DNA from: an uncultured Gammaproteobacteria bacterium
GTDB taxonomy: Bacteria > Patescibacteriota > Patescibacteriia > Magasanikbacterales > UBA922
NCBI GenBank assembly: GCA_964435035.1
Contig: CAYSXR010000006.1
Span: 420-64,419 of the forward strand
DNA length: 64,000 nucleotides
Reading direction: 5' to 3'
Under the pieces are notes generated by a model. That model searched no databases. It had not been told where the DNA came from and saw only the letters and a list, made by a program, of their open reading frames with translations. The stretch's first letter is position 1; each line of letters begins with the position of its first letter. The translations under genes were made by a program, and so were the position numbers. Shown in pieces: positions 25,331 to 35,507 of this stretch.

Positions 25331-26437
25331 TTAGATAGTATCTCGTTTGCTAAATGGATTATCCGCTGCTCGAAGAGCAAGTCCAATCGCTGTTGCGTAT
25401 GACAGGGCTGAAGCATTTTCCATAGGCGCATGTTTTGGATCAATGCCTAGATTTTTCCATACATTTCCCCGCACACACTCAACACCTAAAGCTTCATTGA
25501 GGACAGTATCGAGATGAATTAAATTGCATGATCCTCCACACAAGACAATACGAGTAATTCTATTAGCACGAGTATTGTGACCGTAGTATGATGAGAAAGT
25601 GTGTTCGAGAGCTTTGGAAAATGCATGTACTAATTTGAGAAGTGCGGGAGTATTTTTTTTGCCTTGTGGAATTTCCAATCCCGTGTCAATTTTTATTTTT
25701 TCGGCAGTAGCTTCATCCACTTTTTGAGAGTCCATGATGGCGTGAGTCAGTAGTTCTCCTGAAAAAGGGAGTACGGTGCTGAATTGAATAACATCACGGT
25801 CATATATAATGACCTGAGTACGTGTGGAGCCAATATCAATGATTGCACGAGCCTCTTCTTTGTACTCTTTGTGTGCGGTCACCATTGATCGTGCAATTGC
25901 CACTTCTTCAATTTCAAGCGCCATTACTCCGAGACCAAGACTTTCGAGTAAATAAGTGTAGCTGTCCCCAATACGTTTGGGAATTGCTCCTACTAAAATT
26001 CGCACCTCAGTATCATTGCCCTCAGGCTGTACCACGTGCCAATCGACTGAGTAAGTAGAAAGATCATCAACAGGTAAGTATGTAGAAATCAAATTAAGTA
26101 CATCGGGTGCCTCTACAGCGGCTATGTCGCTGTCGGGTATAGAAATTAATTTGAGGAAACTGTGATTTTCAGGAACTGAAGCTACTACCCATGGACTCTT
26201 AATCGGGTGTTCACCTCGTCCACTACCTTTCAATAATTTTTCTATTTTTTTCCGAACGAGCTCTGGTTGTTCAATAATCCCATTGACTACGAGTCCTGGT
26301 TCGAGAGGACAGGCACGCATCGCAACGGGTTGGAAAGTGGTGCTTCTAATTTTTTCATGATTTCTAAGTTGGACCAGTTTTACTGATCGGTCTCCGATAT
26401 CGATTCCAAATGCATGTGGAAAAGGATGAGTGAGCAT
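25331..26437 (-). CDS. pilM: Type IV pilus assembly protein PilM
   Basis: FGIDIGDRSVKLVQL, IIDIGSTRT, IVLCGGS, YATAIGLALR. Confidence 0.93.
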   Translation of the reverse strand: MLTHPFPHAFGIDIGDRSVKLVQLRNHEKIRSTTFQPVAMRACPLEPGLVVNGIIEQPELVRKKIEKLLKGSGRGEHPIKSPWVVASVPENHSFLKLISIPDSDIAAVEAPDVLNLISTYLPVDDLSTYSVDWHVVQPEGNDTEVRILVGAIPKRIGDSYTYLLESLGLGVMALEIEEVAIARSMVTAHKEYKEEARAIIDIGSTRTQVIIYDRDVIQFSTVLPFSGELLTHAIMDSQKVDEATAEKIKIDTGLEIPQGKKNTPALLKLVHAFSKALEHTFSSYYGHNTRANRITRIVLCGGSCNLIHLDTVLNEALGVECVRGNVWKNLGIDPKHAPMENASALSYATAIGLALRAADNPFSKRDTI

Positions 26438-26446
26438 GTGAATAGT

Positions 26447-27571
26447 TTAGAAAGCTTGGGTAAGCGAATACATCGGCATGATAATGGAAACTGCAATACC
26501 AGCAACACCTACGCCGAGTAAAATAATAATCACTGGTTCAATAATGGTTGAGAAATTCTTCATGGTTTTATCCACTTCATCTGAATAGAATGATGCGAGT
26601 TCCTGGAGTAAGTGGTCTATTTCACCTGTTTTTTCTCCCACCATTACCATTTCAGTTACCATTGGCGGAAATAGTTTGGGACTGGCAGCGAGTGTATCTG
26701 ATAATTGTTCACCTTTGGAAAGATTCTCCGTTGCACTGAGGAGTGCTCCGCTGTATCGAACATTCTTACATGTTTCGCCAGCAATGCGAACGGCATCAAC
26801 AATTGGAATAGTACTTTTGAGAAGAGATGATAATGTTATGGAAAATCGTGCAAGATTTACTTTTTTGGCAATGGCTCCAAAAATAGGTAAGTGAAGAATA
26901 ACACCGTGCATGAAATATCTAAAAGCAGTATTCTTTTTTATCATAACAATAAAGAGGATAACAAAGAGAGCGGTAAGACCAAGGACAAGTATTAGATTGA
27001 GAGGTTGTGAAAGAAAGTCGGTAATACCAATCAACACTTTGGTTGAGAGAGGAAGCTCAGCCTCGAATTCATCAAACATCGCAGTGAGCTTAGGAAGTAC
27101 CATCGTGACCATGAGTATTCCAATAATGAGAATCGCGCTTACAATCACTGAAGGGTAGATGAGTGCGCCTTTAACACTTGCAACGAGTGCATGATTTTTT
27201 TTCATCTGCACAACGACTTGATCGAGTGCGTCTTCGAGTTTTCCTGCGATTTCACCAGACGCAATCATTTTTGTTTGTAAATCAGGAAAAATTTTTGGGT
27301 AGAGCTTCAAACTATCACTCAGTTGATTTCCTTTTTCCACATGATCGGTAATTTCCTTTACAATGCGAGCAAATTTTTTGTTCTGTGCTTCCTTTGCGAG
27401 TACGTGCAATGCTTCAATGAGTGATAGTCCTGCATGAATCATGGTTTTCAAATGATCGAGAAAAAAAATACGATCGACCATGGAAATTTTTACATGTTGA
27501 GAACTAAAAAACTGGCGTGGTAGATGCGCTTCCTTTGACTGTGATGCATTTCGTAGTGCGGGATTTGCCAT
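26447..27571 (-). CDS. pilC: Type IV pilus platform protein (T2SS F family)
   Basis: MIHAGLSLIEAL, GEIAGKL, ALIYP, VGEKTGEID, IIEP. Confidence 0.95.
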   Translation of the reverse strand: MANPALRNASQSKEAHLPRQFFSSQHVKISMVDRIFFLDHLKTMIHAGLSLIEALHVLAKEAQNKKFARIVKEITDHVEKGNQLSDSLKLYPKIFPDLQTKMIASGEIAGKLEDALDQVVVQMKKNHALVASVKGALIYPSVIVSAILIIGILMVTMVLPKLTAMFDEFEAELPLSTKVLIGITDFLSQPLNLILVLGLTALFVILFIVMIKKNTAFRYFMHGVILHLPIFGAIAKKVNLARFSITLSSLLKSTIPIVDAVRIAGETCKNVRYSGALLSATENLSKGEQLSDTLAASPKLFPPMVTEMVMVGEKTGEIDHLLQELASFYSDEVDKTMKNFSTIIEPVIIILLGVGVAGIAVSIIMPMYSLTQAF

Positions 27572-27575
27572 ATAA

Positions 27576-29291
27576 TTAGTCTTTGCTTGCGCGGAGTACT
27601 TCTTCGATAGTTGTCATACCTTGTTTTGCCTTGATCAGTCCATCTTGAAATAGAGTAAGCATGCCGTTTTTTATAGCGTGTGCTTTGATATCATTTGCAT
27701 TAGCTTTGGTATTAATAATTTTCTGAAGTTCTTCATCGATTACCATTACTTCATAAATTCCGATACGACCTTTGTATCCAGAGCCTTCACATTTTTTACA
27801 TCCTTTGCCTCGGTAAAAGGTAAGTGATTCAAGAGTTTTTTCTTTTGCGGTGAGCGTTGCTCCATGCTCTTTGAAAAGAGTAGTCATTTTTGATTTATCA
27901 ATGAGAGAATGTAGTTGTTTTAATTCTTTTGCTGTTAGTTTAAATGACTCTTTGCAATTGGGGCATATTTTTCTGACCAATCGCTGTGCAATAATAATAT
28001 TGGCGGTGAATGCTACCAAGAATGGCGGTATATCCATGTCGAGCAAACGAGGAATCGTTGTTGGCGCATCATTGGTGTGCAATGTTGATAATACTAAGTG
28101 TCCGGTCATGGCTGCGTGAATGGCGATTTCCGCAGTTTCCTTATCACGAATTTCTCCTACCATAATAATGTCAGGATCTTGGCGAAGGAACGAGCGAAGA
28201 CCTGAAGCGAAGGTAAATCCAGCTTTGGGATTGATCTGGCTTTGATTAATACCAGTCACATGATATTCGATCGGATCCTCAATCGTACAGATATTCACAT
28301 CTGGCTGATTAAGCATTCCTAATATGGAATAGAGTGTGGTAGTTTTTCCTGACCCTGTTGGACCAGTTACCAATACCATACCGTGTGGTTTTTCAATCGC
28401 CTCATCAACCAGCTCTTTGATTCCAGGTAAAAATCCAAGTTCATCGAGGGTTAATGGTTTTTGTCCTTCATGGAGAAGACGCATTACAATCTTTTCTCCG
28501 TCGTATACTGGAATGATCGAGACACGAAATGATAATGTTTCTCCTTGAACAGAGATTTTAAATCGTCCATCCTGCGGAATCATGTGTTCATCAATTTTTA
28601 AGTTTGATAAAATTTTAATTCGGGCAACAATACCACTCTGCACCGCTTTCGGTAAGTGCATCATTTCGCGTAGGATTCCATCAATACGAAATCGAACAAC
28701 CACATCGAGTTCTGTTGGTTCGATATGAATATCACTAGAGTTCTCGAATACCGAATGTTCAAGAATCGAGTTCACAATATTAATAATCGGAAGTTCCTCA
28801 GCAGCCTTTTTGAGGTCTGTTGGATCTGAATGTGCAAGCGGTTGACTCAGTTCTTGTTTGAGGTTTGATCGGTATCTACGTAATGCTTCCTTGGTTTCGC
28901 GAGGAGTGGTGATAAAGACTTCAAGATCTTTTCTACTTTTTCTTCGAATAAATTCGATGGTCTGTACGTCGGTCGGATCCGTAAGAGCGATTTTGAGAGA
29001 TGTTGGTGTGCTTTCAAATGCTACAATGTGGTGTGCTTCGGCAAATGCCTCAGGTAATTCATGTAATGTTTCAGAAGGAATATCGCGTCCTTTCAGGGAA
29101 ACTCGAGATAATCCATATTCTTCAGCAACCGCTTCGCATAGAGCATCTTCTTTGACCACATTCTTTTCAATCAGATATGTTTCCAAATCGCGACCCCGGT
29201 TCTGTGCATCTTCAAGATGGGTAGCAATTTGTGCTGCGGTTAATTTGAATTTTTTAGCAAGAAGTTTTTTGAACTCTTCCAAAGGTAACAT
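27576..29291 (-). CDS. pilB: Type IV pilus assembly ATPase (GspE/PilB)
   Basis: SDIHIEP, PQDGR, GPTGSGKTTTLY, LRQDPD, TGHLVLSTLHTN, two CxxC motifs. Confidence 0.96.
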   Translation of the reverse strand: MLPLEEFKKLLAKKFKLTAAQIATHLEDAQNRGRDLETYLIEKNVVKEDALCEAVAEEYGLSRVSLKGRDIPSETLHELPEAFAEAHHIVAFESTPTSLKIALTDPTDVQTIEFIRRKSRKDLEVFITTPRETKEALRRYRSNLKQELSQPLAHSDPTDLKKAAEELPIINIVNSILEHSVFENSSDIHIEPTELDVVVRFRIDGILREMMHLPKAVQSGIVARIKILSNLKIDEHMIPQDGRFKISVQGETLSFRVSIIPVYDGEKIVMRLLHEGQKPLTLDELGFLPGIKELVDEAIEKPHGMVLVTGPTGSGKTTTLYSILGMLNQPDVNICTIEDPIEYHVTGINQSQINPKAGFTFASGLRSFLRQDPDIIMVGEIRDKETAEIAIHAAMTGHLVLSTLHTNDAPTTIPRLLDMDIPPFLVAFTANIIIAQRLVRKICPNCKESFKLTAKELKQLHSLIDKSKMTTLFKEHGATLTAKEKTLESLTFYRGKGCKKCEGSGYKGRIGIYEVMVIDEELQKIINTKANANDIKAHAIKNGMLTLFQDGLIKAKQGMTTIEEVLRASKD

Positions 29292-29361
29292 AAGAAAGTG
29301 AGTTGATGCTCGACTAATCAGTGCATAGTATAGCATATTTTTATATCACGTACTATGAGAT

Positions 29362-29433
29362 TAAAAATTAAAGACTGAAGAATGAAGATTGATATAAAGG
29401 TATCCCATTTTTAATCTTTAATCTTCAATTTTT
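29362..29433. repeat. Heptamer (AAGATTG/AATCTTC-type) inverted element
   Basis: AAAGACTGAAGAATGAAGATT...AATCTTTAATCTTCAAT. Confidence 0.6.
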
Positions 29434-29562
29434 CCGTGCTAACCACTCTATTGACAAATACCTTATACATTGATATAGTCTCCGCGGTCGTAAAAATAAA
29501 ATTGGTGTCGTTTTAGTATCTAAAAATATTTAATTTAACGTGTATTTTGAAAGGTCAAAGTT

Positions 29563-30081
29563 ATGAAAAAGTATGAGATATTGTGCGTACTCCCAGGCAC
29601 ACTCGCTGAAGACGAGGTAGCTCCGATTGCTGCACAGATCGAAACTCAGCTCAAAGCGCATGGGGCTGAAGAAATCAAAAGAACCGATTTGGGTAAAAGT
29701 AGACTTGCATACCCAATGAAGCATATCCGATACGGATATTTTGAGTTTTTTACAATAGAGATTCTCCCGGAGAAAGTTCTGGCACTCGAACAGAGTATTA
29801 GACTTATTGGGGGTATCCTCCGAGTAGGAATCCAGGTACATGATTCCAAGCAAAAAAGTACGATTACTCTGGCTATCGACCCTACAGCCTTGAGTGCACC
29901 TCCAAAAGCTGATTTGCCTACTCGTTCGGGTCGACCTGAGGTTCGAAGAGAGCATAAAGAACGCCCTGAAGTAGTATCTGAAGAGAAAAAAGAGAGTGCT
30001 CCAGCTGAATCAAGTCTCAATTTGGAAAATATTGGTGAAAAGCTTGATGAGATATTGCAGAAAGATATTGATAAGGTATAA
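29563..30081 (+). CDS. rpsF: 30S ribosomal protein S6 with C-terminal extension
   Basis: MKKYEIL, LGKSRLAYPMK..RYGYF; rpsF-ssb-rpsR synteny; TTGACA at 29451. Confidence 0.93.
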   Translation: MKKYEILCVLPGTLAEDEVAPIAAQIETQLKAHGAEEIKRTDLGKSRLAYPMKHIRYGYFEFFTIEILPEKVLALEQSIRLIGGILRVGIQVHDSKQKSTITLAIDPTALSAPPKADLPTRSGRPEVRREHKERPEVVSEEKKESAPAESSLNLENIGEKLDEILQKDIDKV

Positions 30082-30148
30082 TGAGAATAAGTCCTAGTCG
30101 TTCCCTAAACCAAGGAGGGTTCGGCACTTATTTATAACTCATTTCTCT

Positions 30149-30595
30149 ATGGACCTGAATCGAGCTATGATCCTCGGGCGTCTAACCCGGGATCCTGAAG
30201 TCAGAAGTACCCCTTCTGGTCAAAGTGTCGCAAATATCGGTGTAGCAACAAGCAGAGTGTGGAAAGATGCCTCAGGTACGCGTCAAGAGCGCCCTGAATA
30301 CCACAATGTGGTGTTATGGGGAAAGCTTGCAGACATCTCGGGCCAATATCTCGGAAAAGGACGTCGTGTGTATATCGAAGGACGTCTGGAAACGAGAGAA
30401 TGGACCGGTCAAGATGGTGTGAAACGCTATCGAACCGAGGTAATTGCAGAAAATCTAATTATGCTTGATGCGCCACGAGGTGGTGCAGGCAGCCAAGGAG
30501 AATCATTTGGAGGAGGAAAAGAAGAAGATGAGAGACCAAGTGCTCCAACAAGTGCCCCTGATGATGAAATAAAAGTAGAAGATATCCCGTTTTAA
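30149..30595 (+). CDS. ssb: Single-stranded DNA-binding protein
   Basis: NRAMILGRLTRDPE, VYIEGRL, C-terminal EDIPF. Confidence 0.98.
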   Translation: MDLNRAMILGRLTRDPEVRSTPSGQSVANIGVATSRVWKDASGTRQERPEYHNVVLWGKLADISGQYLGKGRRVYIEGRLETREWTGQDGVKRYRTEVIAENLIMLDAPRGGAGSQGESFGGGKEEDERPSAPTSAPDDEIKVEDIPF

Positions 30596-30612
30596 TCAAC
30601 ATGAAGTAACGT

Positions 30613-30846
30613 ATGAATCCAGTGAAAAATCAAAAACTGAAAAAGCAAAAACAATGCTTCTTCTGTATCGACAAGAAAAAACATATTGATTACAAAGACA
30701 ATGAATCACTTCGCCGGTTTACCTCTTCATATATGAAGATCCAACCTCGACGAAGAAGTGGTCTCTGCGCAAAACACCAGCGTCAGATTGCACGAGCAAT
30801 CAAGCAGGCACGTATCGCAGGACTTCTCGCCTTTGTACCGAAATAA
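30613..30846 (+). CDS. rpsR: 30S ribosomal protein S18 (Zn-binding type)
   Basis: CFFC, IDYKD, GLCAKHQRQIARAIKQAR. Confidence 0.97.
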   Translation: MNPVKNQKLKKQKQCFFCIDKKKHIDYKDNESLRRFTSSYMKIQPRRRSGLCAKHQRQIARAIKQARIAGLLAFVPK

Positions 30847-30909
30847 ATCTCAATAGAAGTTAAAACACTCTGACTCAAATCGGAGTGTTTTTTATTTTAA
30901 AAAAATAGT

Positions 30910-30972
30910 AATTAACAACTAACAATTAACAAATGAAACTTTTTGTTCATTGTTAGTTGTTCTGTGTTAGTT
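30910..30972. repeat. Heptamer (TAACAA/TTGTTA-type) inverted element
   Basis: ATTAACAACTAACAATTAACAA...TTGTTCATTGTTAGTTGTT. Confidence 0.65.
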
Positions 30973-31020
30973 TGAATTTGTGGTATACTTATCAAAAATC
31001 TATAGTGAAAATAAAAAAAT

Positions 31021-31467
31021 ATGGAGACTGTAGAAAAAAATCATCATCTCGAAAGAGAAAAAAATAAAGAACGTAGAGAAGAAAAAGAAGGGGAAGTAAG
31101 TGAAGAATTAAAAGCTGCAGCTACGCGTGAACGAGCTGAATATCTCATAAAAGAAGTAAAAAGCACTACCAAGCAAGTACAGAATTTGGTACTGCATATT
31201 CAGCACGTGGTAGCAGCAATTAATGCACTGAAGACACAATTGCAACTAACTTCAAAAGAAGATCCATCCTCAGTGGTACAGGATGCAAAAATGGTAGGTG
31301 TATTAAAACAAAAGATTATTCAACATAAAAAAGAATTAGTAGAAATGAAGGAGGATTTAATAGAAGCACTGATGAAAGAAGAGGGGAATAAATCTCATAC
31401 AATAAAAACAAAGGAAGAGGTTGTGCAAATTGTTCAAAGAATTATGAATGAATTAAGTGTCGAGTAA
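31021..31467 (+). CDS. Hypothetical coiled-coil protein
   Basis: 148-aa ORF, Lys/Glu-rich, host-like codon usage. Confidence 0.7.
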   Translation: METVEKNHHLEREKNKERREEKEGEVSEELKAAATRERAEYLIKEVKSTTKQVQNLVLHIQHVVAAINALKTQLQLTSKEDPSSVVQDAKMVGVLKQKIIQHKKELVEMKEDLIEALMKEEGNKSHTIKTKEEVVQIVQRIMNELSVE

Positions 31468-31479
31468 CCGTTTTTTTGA

Positions 31480-33252
31480 ATGAAACTAAAGTCTACATTG
31501 AAAGGGTTTACTCTGATTGAGTCAGTCGTTGCACTCGGTATTTTTGGTCTATTTATCGTAGGAATTTATGGAAGTATTCAACTGAGTTTTTCGTTGGTGT
31601 ATCATTCGCGAGTGCGCATTTTGGCAACGGCGGTTCTGAATGAACAGATGGAAATCATACGGAACGTACCATTCGATAGCGTAGGAATTATTAATGGGAG
31701 TCCTTCGGGCGTATTCGAATATACTACAACTACTATTCGAAATGGAATGCATTTTGAAATCATTCGAACTATCCGGAATATTGATGATCCATTTGATGGT
31801 TTGATTGGAGGAATTCCTGCAGACACTGCGCCAAATGATTATAAATTTGTACAGATTGAGGCACGATGTGTTTCGTGTGATCAAGCTGAACCTTTCTCAA
31901 TGTATACCTATATTGCACCCAAATATCTCGAAGGCAATCTCAACCATGGTGCATTGTTTGTCCAGGTAATAGACGCTTATGGAAATCCGGTTACTGGTGC
32001 ATCGGTGACCGTAATTGCAACAAGTACTAATCCTTCCTACAATTTTGTTGATACTACTGATAATAATGGATTTTTGCGTATTTATGATTTAGCCACTGGT
32101 ACTGCAAAATATTTTATACAAGCTACAAAGACAGGTTACACGACAGATAAAACCTACGCACCGAGCTCGACCAACCCAAATCCCACAACCCCACACGTAA
32201 CGATTCTTCAGCAGGCAGTGAGCAATCTCACGCTTACTATTGATGAATTATCGAGTATAACCGTGGAAACAAAAAATGCACAATGTAATACGGCTCCAAA
32301 CGTTCCTTTCCAGATAAAAGGAAGTCGTGCGATTGGAGCAAATCCGAGTGTGTATCTGATAAATCAGAGTTATATAACTAATGGGAGTGGAGTGCAATCA
32401 AACTTGAATGTACCGTGGGATAGCTACGGTATGTCTGTGACGGGGTATGATCTTCTAGGGACTATTCCTGATGTACCCATGACCATATTACCTGGCGCAG
32501 TAGACGTGGGGACATTGATTGTTGGTCCAAACACGACACGATCATTAGTCATACTAGCTGAAAATCAATCAGCTCCTATTGCAAATGCAACGGTAACAAT
32601 TACGGGACCTAATGGATTTTCATCAGTGAAAACAACGGGGGTCGGAAGTATTTCACAGACGGACTGGTCACAAGGGTCAGGTATTGAAGATTTTGGTGAA
32701 GGACTCGGGTACAGTTCGGGAAGTGGAATTGATACACTTACGAGTCCAGGAAATCTCACACTTTCTCAAAATGGTAGTGTGTATGTTTCAAACGGATATC
32801 TCGAATCATCAACAATTGATACCGGAGAAAATGCGCGCTATATCATCTGGTCATGGAATCCAATGGCTCAATCACCTTCAACTACGATACGTTTTCAAAT
32901 GGCAACAAGTCCTTCGAGTACAGGACAAAACTGGGTGTTTCTAGGACCTGATGGAACGGAGAATACATACTTTACACAAAGTAGTGTACATATTTCTGAT
33001 GCTCATGATGGTGAGCAATACATGAGATATCGAGTGTATTTTGATACCCTCGATCCCACTGTTTCACCTCTGCTCTCTGATCTCACCTTTGTGTACACTA
33101 ATGCATGTACACCTCCGGGACAAGTCTATGTGGGAAATTTGGTTGCAGGAGAATATACGATTCGTATTGAAGCCCCAGGTTATGAAGTGTATGAGGAATT
33201 GTTTGAGGTAACAAGCGATCATTTTATTATTGCAGATCTTAATTCTGTATGA
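31480..33252 (+). CDS. Large prepilin-type protein (PilV-like) with beta-sandwich repeats
   Basis: KG|FTLIE N-methylation motif; carboxypeptidase-regulatory-like segments (GNPVTGASVTV, PIANATVTI). Confidence 0.85.
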   Translation: MKLKSTLKGFTLIESVVALGIFGLFIVGIYGSIQLSFSLVYHSRVRILATAVLNEQMEIIRNVPFDSVGIINGSPSGVFEYTTTTIRNGMHFEIIRTIRNIDDPFDGLIGGIPADTAPNDYKFVQIEARCVSCDQAEPFSMYTYIAPKYLEGNLNHGALFVQVIDAYGNPVTGASVTVIATSTNPSYNFVDTTDNNGFLRIYDLATGTAKYFIQATKTGYTTDKTYAPSSTNPNPTTPHVTILQQAVSNLTLTIDELSSITVETKNAQCNTAPNVPFQIKGSRAIGANPSVYLINQSYITNGSGVQSNLNVPWDSYGMSVTGYDLLGTIPDVPMTILPGAVDVGTLIVGPNTTRSLVILAENQSAPIANATVTITGPNGFSSVKTTGVGSISQTDWSQGSGIEDFGEGLGYSSGSGIDTLTSPGNLTLSQNGSVYVSNGYLESSTIDTGENARYIIWSWNPMAQSPSTTIRFQMATSPSSTGQNWVFLGPDGTENTYFTQSSVHISDAHDGEQYMRYRVYFDTLDPTVSPLLSDLTFVYTNACTPPGQVYVGNLVAGEYTIRIEAPGYEVYEELFEVTSDHFIIADLNSV

Positions 33253-33872
33253 GTGTTTCTAGACAAAGTAAAAATTACTTTCGTGGTATGAGCCTGCTTG
33301 AGGTGATGGTAGTACTTGGAATCACGATGATTGTATTGCTCGGAGCAACCTCTTTTATTATATTGAGTTTTCGTAATCAGCGTATACTCAATGACCAGCT
33401 ATTTGGACAAAAAGATGCTCGTCGAGTAATTTCTGAAATGGTAAACACCATTAGAACTGCCGAAGAATCAAGTATTGGTTCATATCCGGTTGCAGAAGCT
33501 ACCACTTCATCTCTTACCGTGTACGCAAATATTGATGGGGATAGTTTACGCGAACGAGTACATTATTGGTTATCAGGAACTGATTTGAAAAGAGGAATAT
33601 TAAAACCAAGCGGTAATCCTTTGAGTTATACAGGTCAGGAACAGGTGACGACGATCGCAAGTTATGTACAGAATGCAAATAGAGGTACTCCAACATTTCA
33701 ATATTTTACAGAAAGCTATACGGGGTCGCAAAGTGCAATGACTCTACCAATTACGATTACGAATATTCGAATGATACAAATTATTATTGAGATTGAAAAA
33801 GATCAGACCAAGAGTCCAGTACCACTCCGAGTGGAATCGCTCACTCAAATTAGAAATCTGAAAACAAATTGA
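33249..33872 (+). CDS. Minor pilin (PilW-like)
   Basis: RG|MSLLEVMV motif. Confidence 0.85.
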   Translation: MSVSRQSKNYFRGMSLLEVMVVLGITMIVLLGATSFIILSFRNQRILNDQLFGQKDARRVISEMVNTIRTAEESSIGSYPVAEATTSSLTVYANIDGDSLRERVHYWLSGTDLKRGILKPSGNPLSYTGQEQVTTIASYVQNANRGTPTFQYFTESYTGSQSAMTLPITITNIRMIQIIIEIEKDQTKSPVPLRVESLTQIRNLKTN

Positions 33873-33925
33873 CGTGCCTTGTATCTTATTTCGAGTGATC
33901 CTGACCTTGTCAGGTGAGCTAAAGA

Positions 33926-35347
33926 ATGTATGTTAGTGAAACTATGTTGAAAGCAAAAAAACAATGTAAAAAAAGGTATCAAGGAACCACACTTCTCATT
34001 GTGATGGTTTTTGGATCAATAGCTTTTGTGATTATGGTATTGGGTATTTTGAGCTATGCTTTGTTTGAACATAGAATTTCACTGGAGTACTACCGACGGG
34101 ATGTCACTTTTCATGTAGCTGAAGCAGGTATTAATTATTATCGCTGGCACCTCGCACATAATCCTACCGACTTTACTGATGGTACGGGAGCTCCTGGTCC
34201 GTATGTTCATACTATGAAAGATAAGTTTGATAATACAGTGGGAAGCTATGCTATTAGTATTTCAACTCCATTACCAAATTCTTCAGTTATTGCTGTAGTA
34301 TCCACAGGGACAATTGCCGCCTCTCCTAATGCTAATCGTGCTCTAAAGGTGCGATTGGGTTTTCCTTCATTTACTGATAGTGCATTTATAGAAAACGTTG
34401 ATATGTCATTTAGTGCGACGACTGAGGTGCATGGAGATATTATGTCGAATGGCGGAATCAAGTTTGATGGAACGACTGACTCGTGGGTCAGGAGTGCAAA
34501 GTCTACTTATAATTACCAAGGTACCACAAGGCCTGGAATCTGGGGGACTGGTGGACCTACATATTATTGGGAATTTCCTGTTCCTGCGGCTGATTTTGGT
34601 TCGGTATCTGCTGATCTCTCTGCTTTGCGTACCGAGGCGCAGAGTGCGGGTAAATATCTCGCTTCTTCAGGGGGAGAAGGATATCAGATTATATTTAATG
34701 ACACTCAATATACAGTGTACCGAGTAAATACGAGAGATTGTTACTATGGTGAAGGTAGTTGGAGATGGAGTTGGTCGGGATGGTATTGGAATGGGACTTC
34801 ATATTGCTACGATATTGGTACCAAAAGCACGATTGGAACGTATACATTGCCTGCAAATGGTGTAATGTTTGTTGAAGATAATGTATGGCTCGAAGGAACC
34901 GTTGACGGGAGAATAACTATCGGAGTAGGTAATTTCCCCGTACCAAGTAGTCCTAAAAAAGTATTTATTTCGAATAATTTATTGCAAAAACAAAAATCAA
35001 GTGATGATGTGATCGGTATTATTGCTCAGGGTGATATTATTGTTCCCTATGAAGCTCCAAGCACGCTCGAGATAAATGCCGCTGCATTGACACAGTATGC
35101 AAAGATTTTTACACCCTACTATAATCCAAGTCAGCATGCGGGAGCTCTCAAAAATTCTCTTACCTTTTTTGGTTCGCAGATTTCGTATGCTGGTGGGGGC
35201 TGGAAATATATCAATACAGGTGGACAAGTGATTTCAGGATACTATTACACCAATCATGTGTATGATGGAAATTTGAAATATTATCCACCACCTGGATTTC
35301 CCGTAGGTTCAACATATGAACTTATTAGTTGGGAAGAGGTAAAATAA
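33926..35347 (+). CDS. PilX-like minor pilin
   Basis: QG|TTLLIV without Glu5; FHVAEAGI motif. Confidence 0.8.
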   Translation: MYVSETMLKAKKQCKKRYQGTTLLIVMVFGSIAFVIMVLGILSYALFEHRISLEYYRRDVTFHVAEAGINYYRWHLAHNPTDFTDGTGAPGPYVHTMKDKFDNTVGSYAISISTPLPNSSVIAVVSTGTIAASPNANRALKVRLGFPSFTDSAFIENVDMSFSATTEVHGDIMSNGGIKFDGTTDSWVRSAKSTYNYQGTTRPGIWGTGGPTYYWEFPVPAADFGSVSADLSALRTEAQSAGKYLASSGGEGYQIIFNDTQYTVYRVNTRDCYYGEGSWRWSWSGWYWNGTSYCYDIGTKSTIGTYTLPANGVMFVEDNVWLEGTVDGRITIGVGNFPVPSSPKKVFISNNLLQKQKSSDDVIGIIAQGDIIVPYEAPSTLEINAAALTQYAKIFTPYYNPSQHAGALKNSLTFFGSQISYAGGGWKYINTGGQVISGYYYTNHVYDGNLKYYPPPGFPVGSTYELISWEEVK

Positions 35348-35466
35348 AGTAAAAAGTAAAAACCCTGCCTGCCGGCAGGCAGGGAAAAAGGCAAAAGATA
35401 TATACAGGACAAAATAATGAAATGTGTATTTTCTTTTCACCTTTTACTTTTTCCTTTTAACTTTGC
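35338..35466. repeat. GTAAAAA heptamer inverted element carrying a CCTGCCTGCCGGCAGGCAGG palindrome
   Basis: GTAAAAA-type left arm, CTTTT(A/C)C-type right arm, palindrome at 35364-35383. Confidence 0.75.
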
Positions 35467-35507
35467 TTTGTGATATACTATCCCCAATCTTATTGTAAAA
35501 AGAAAGT

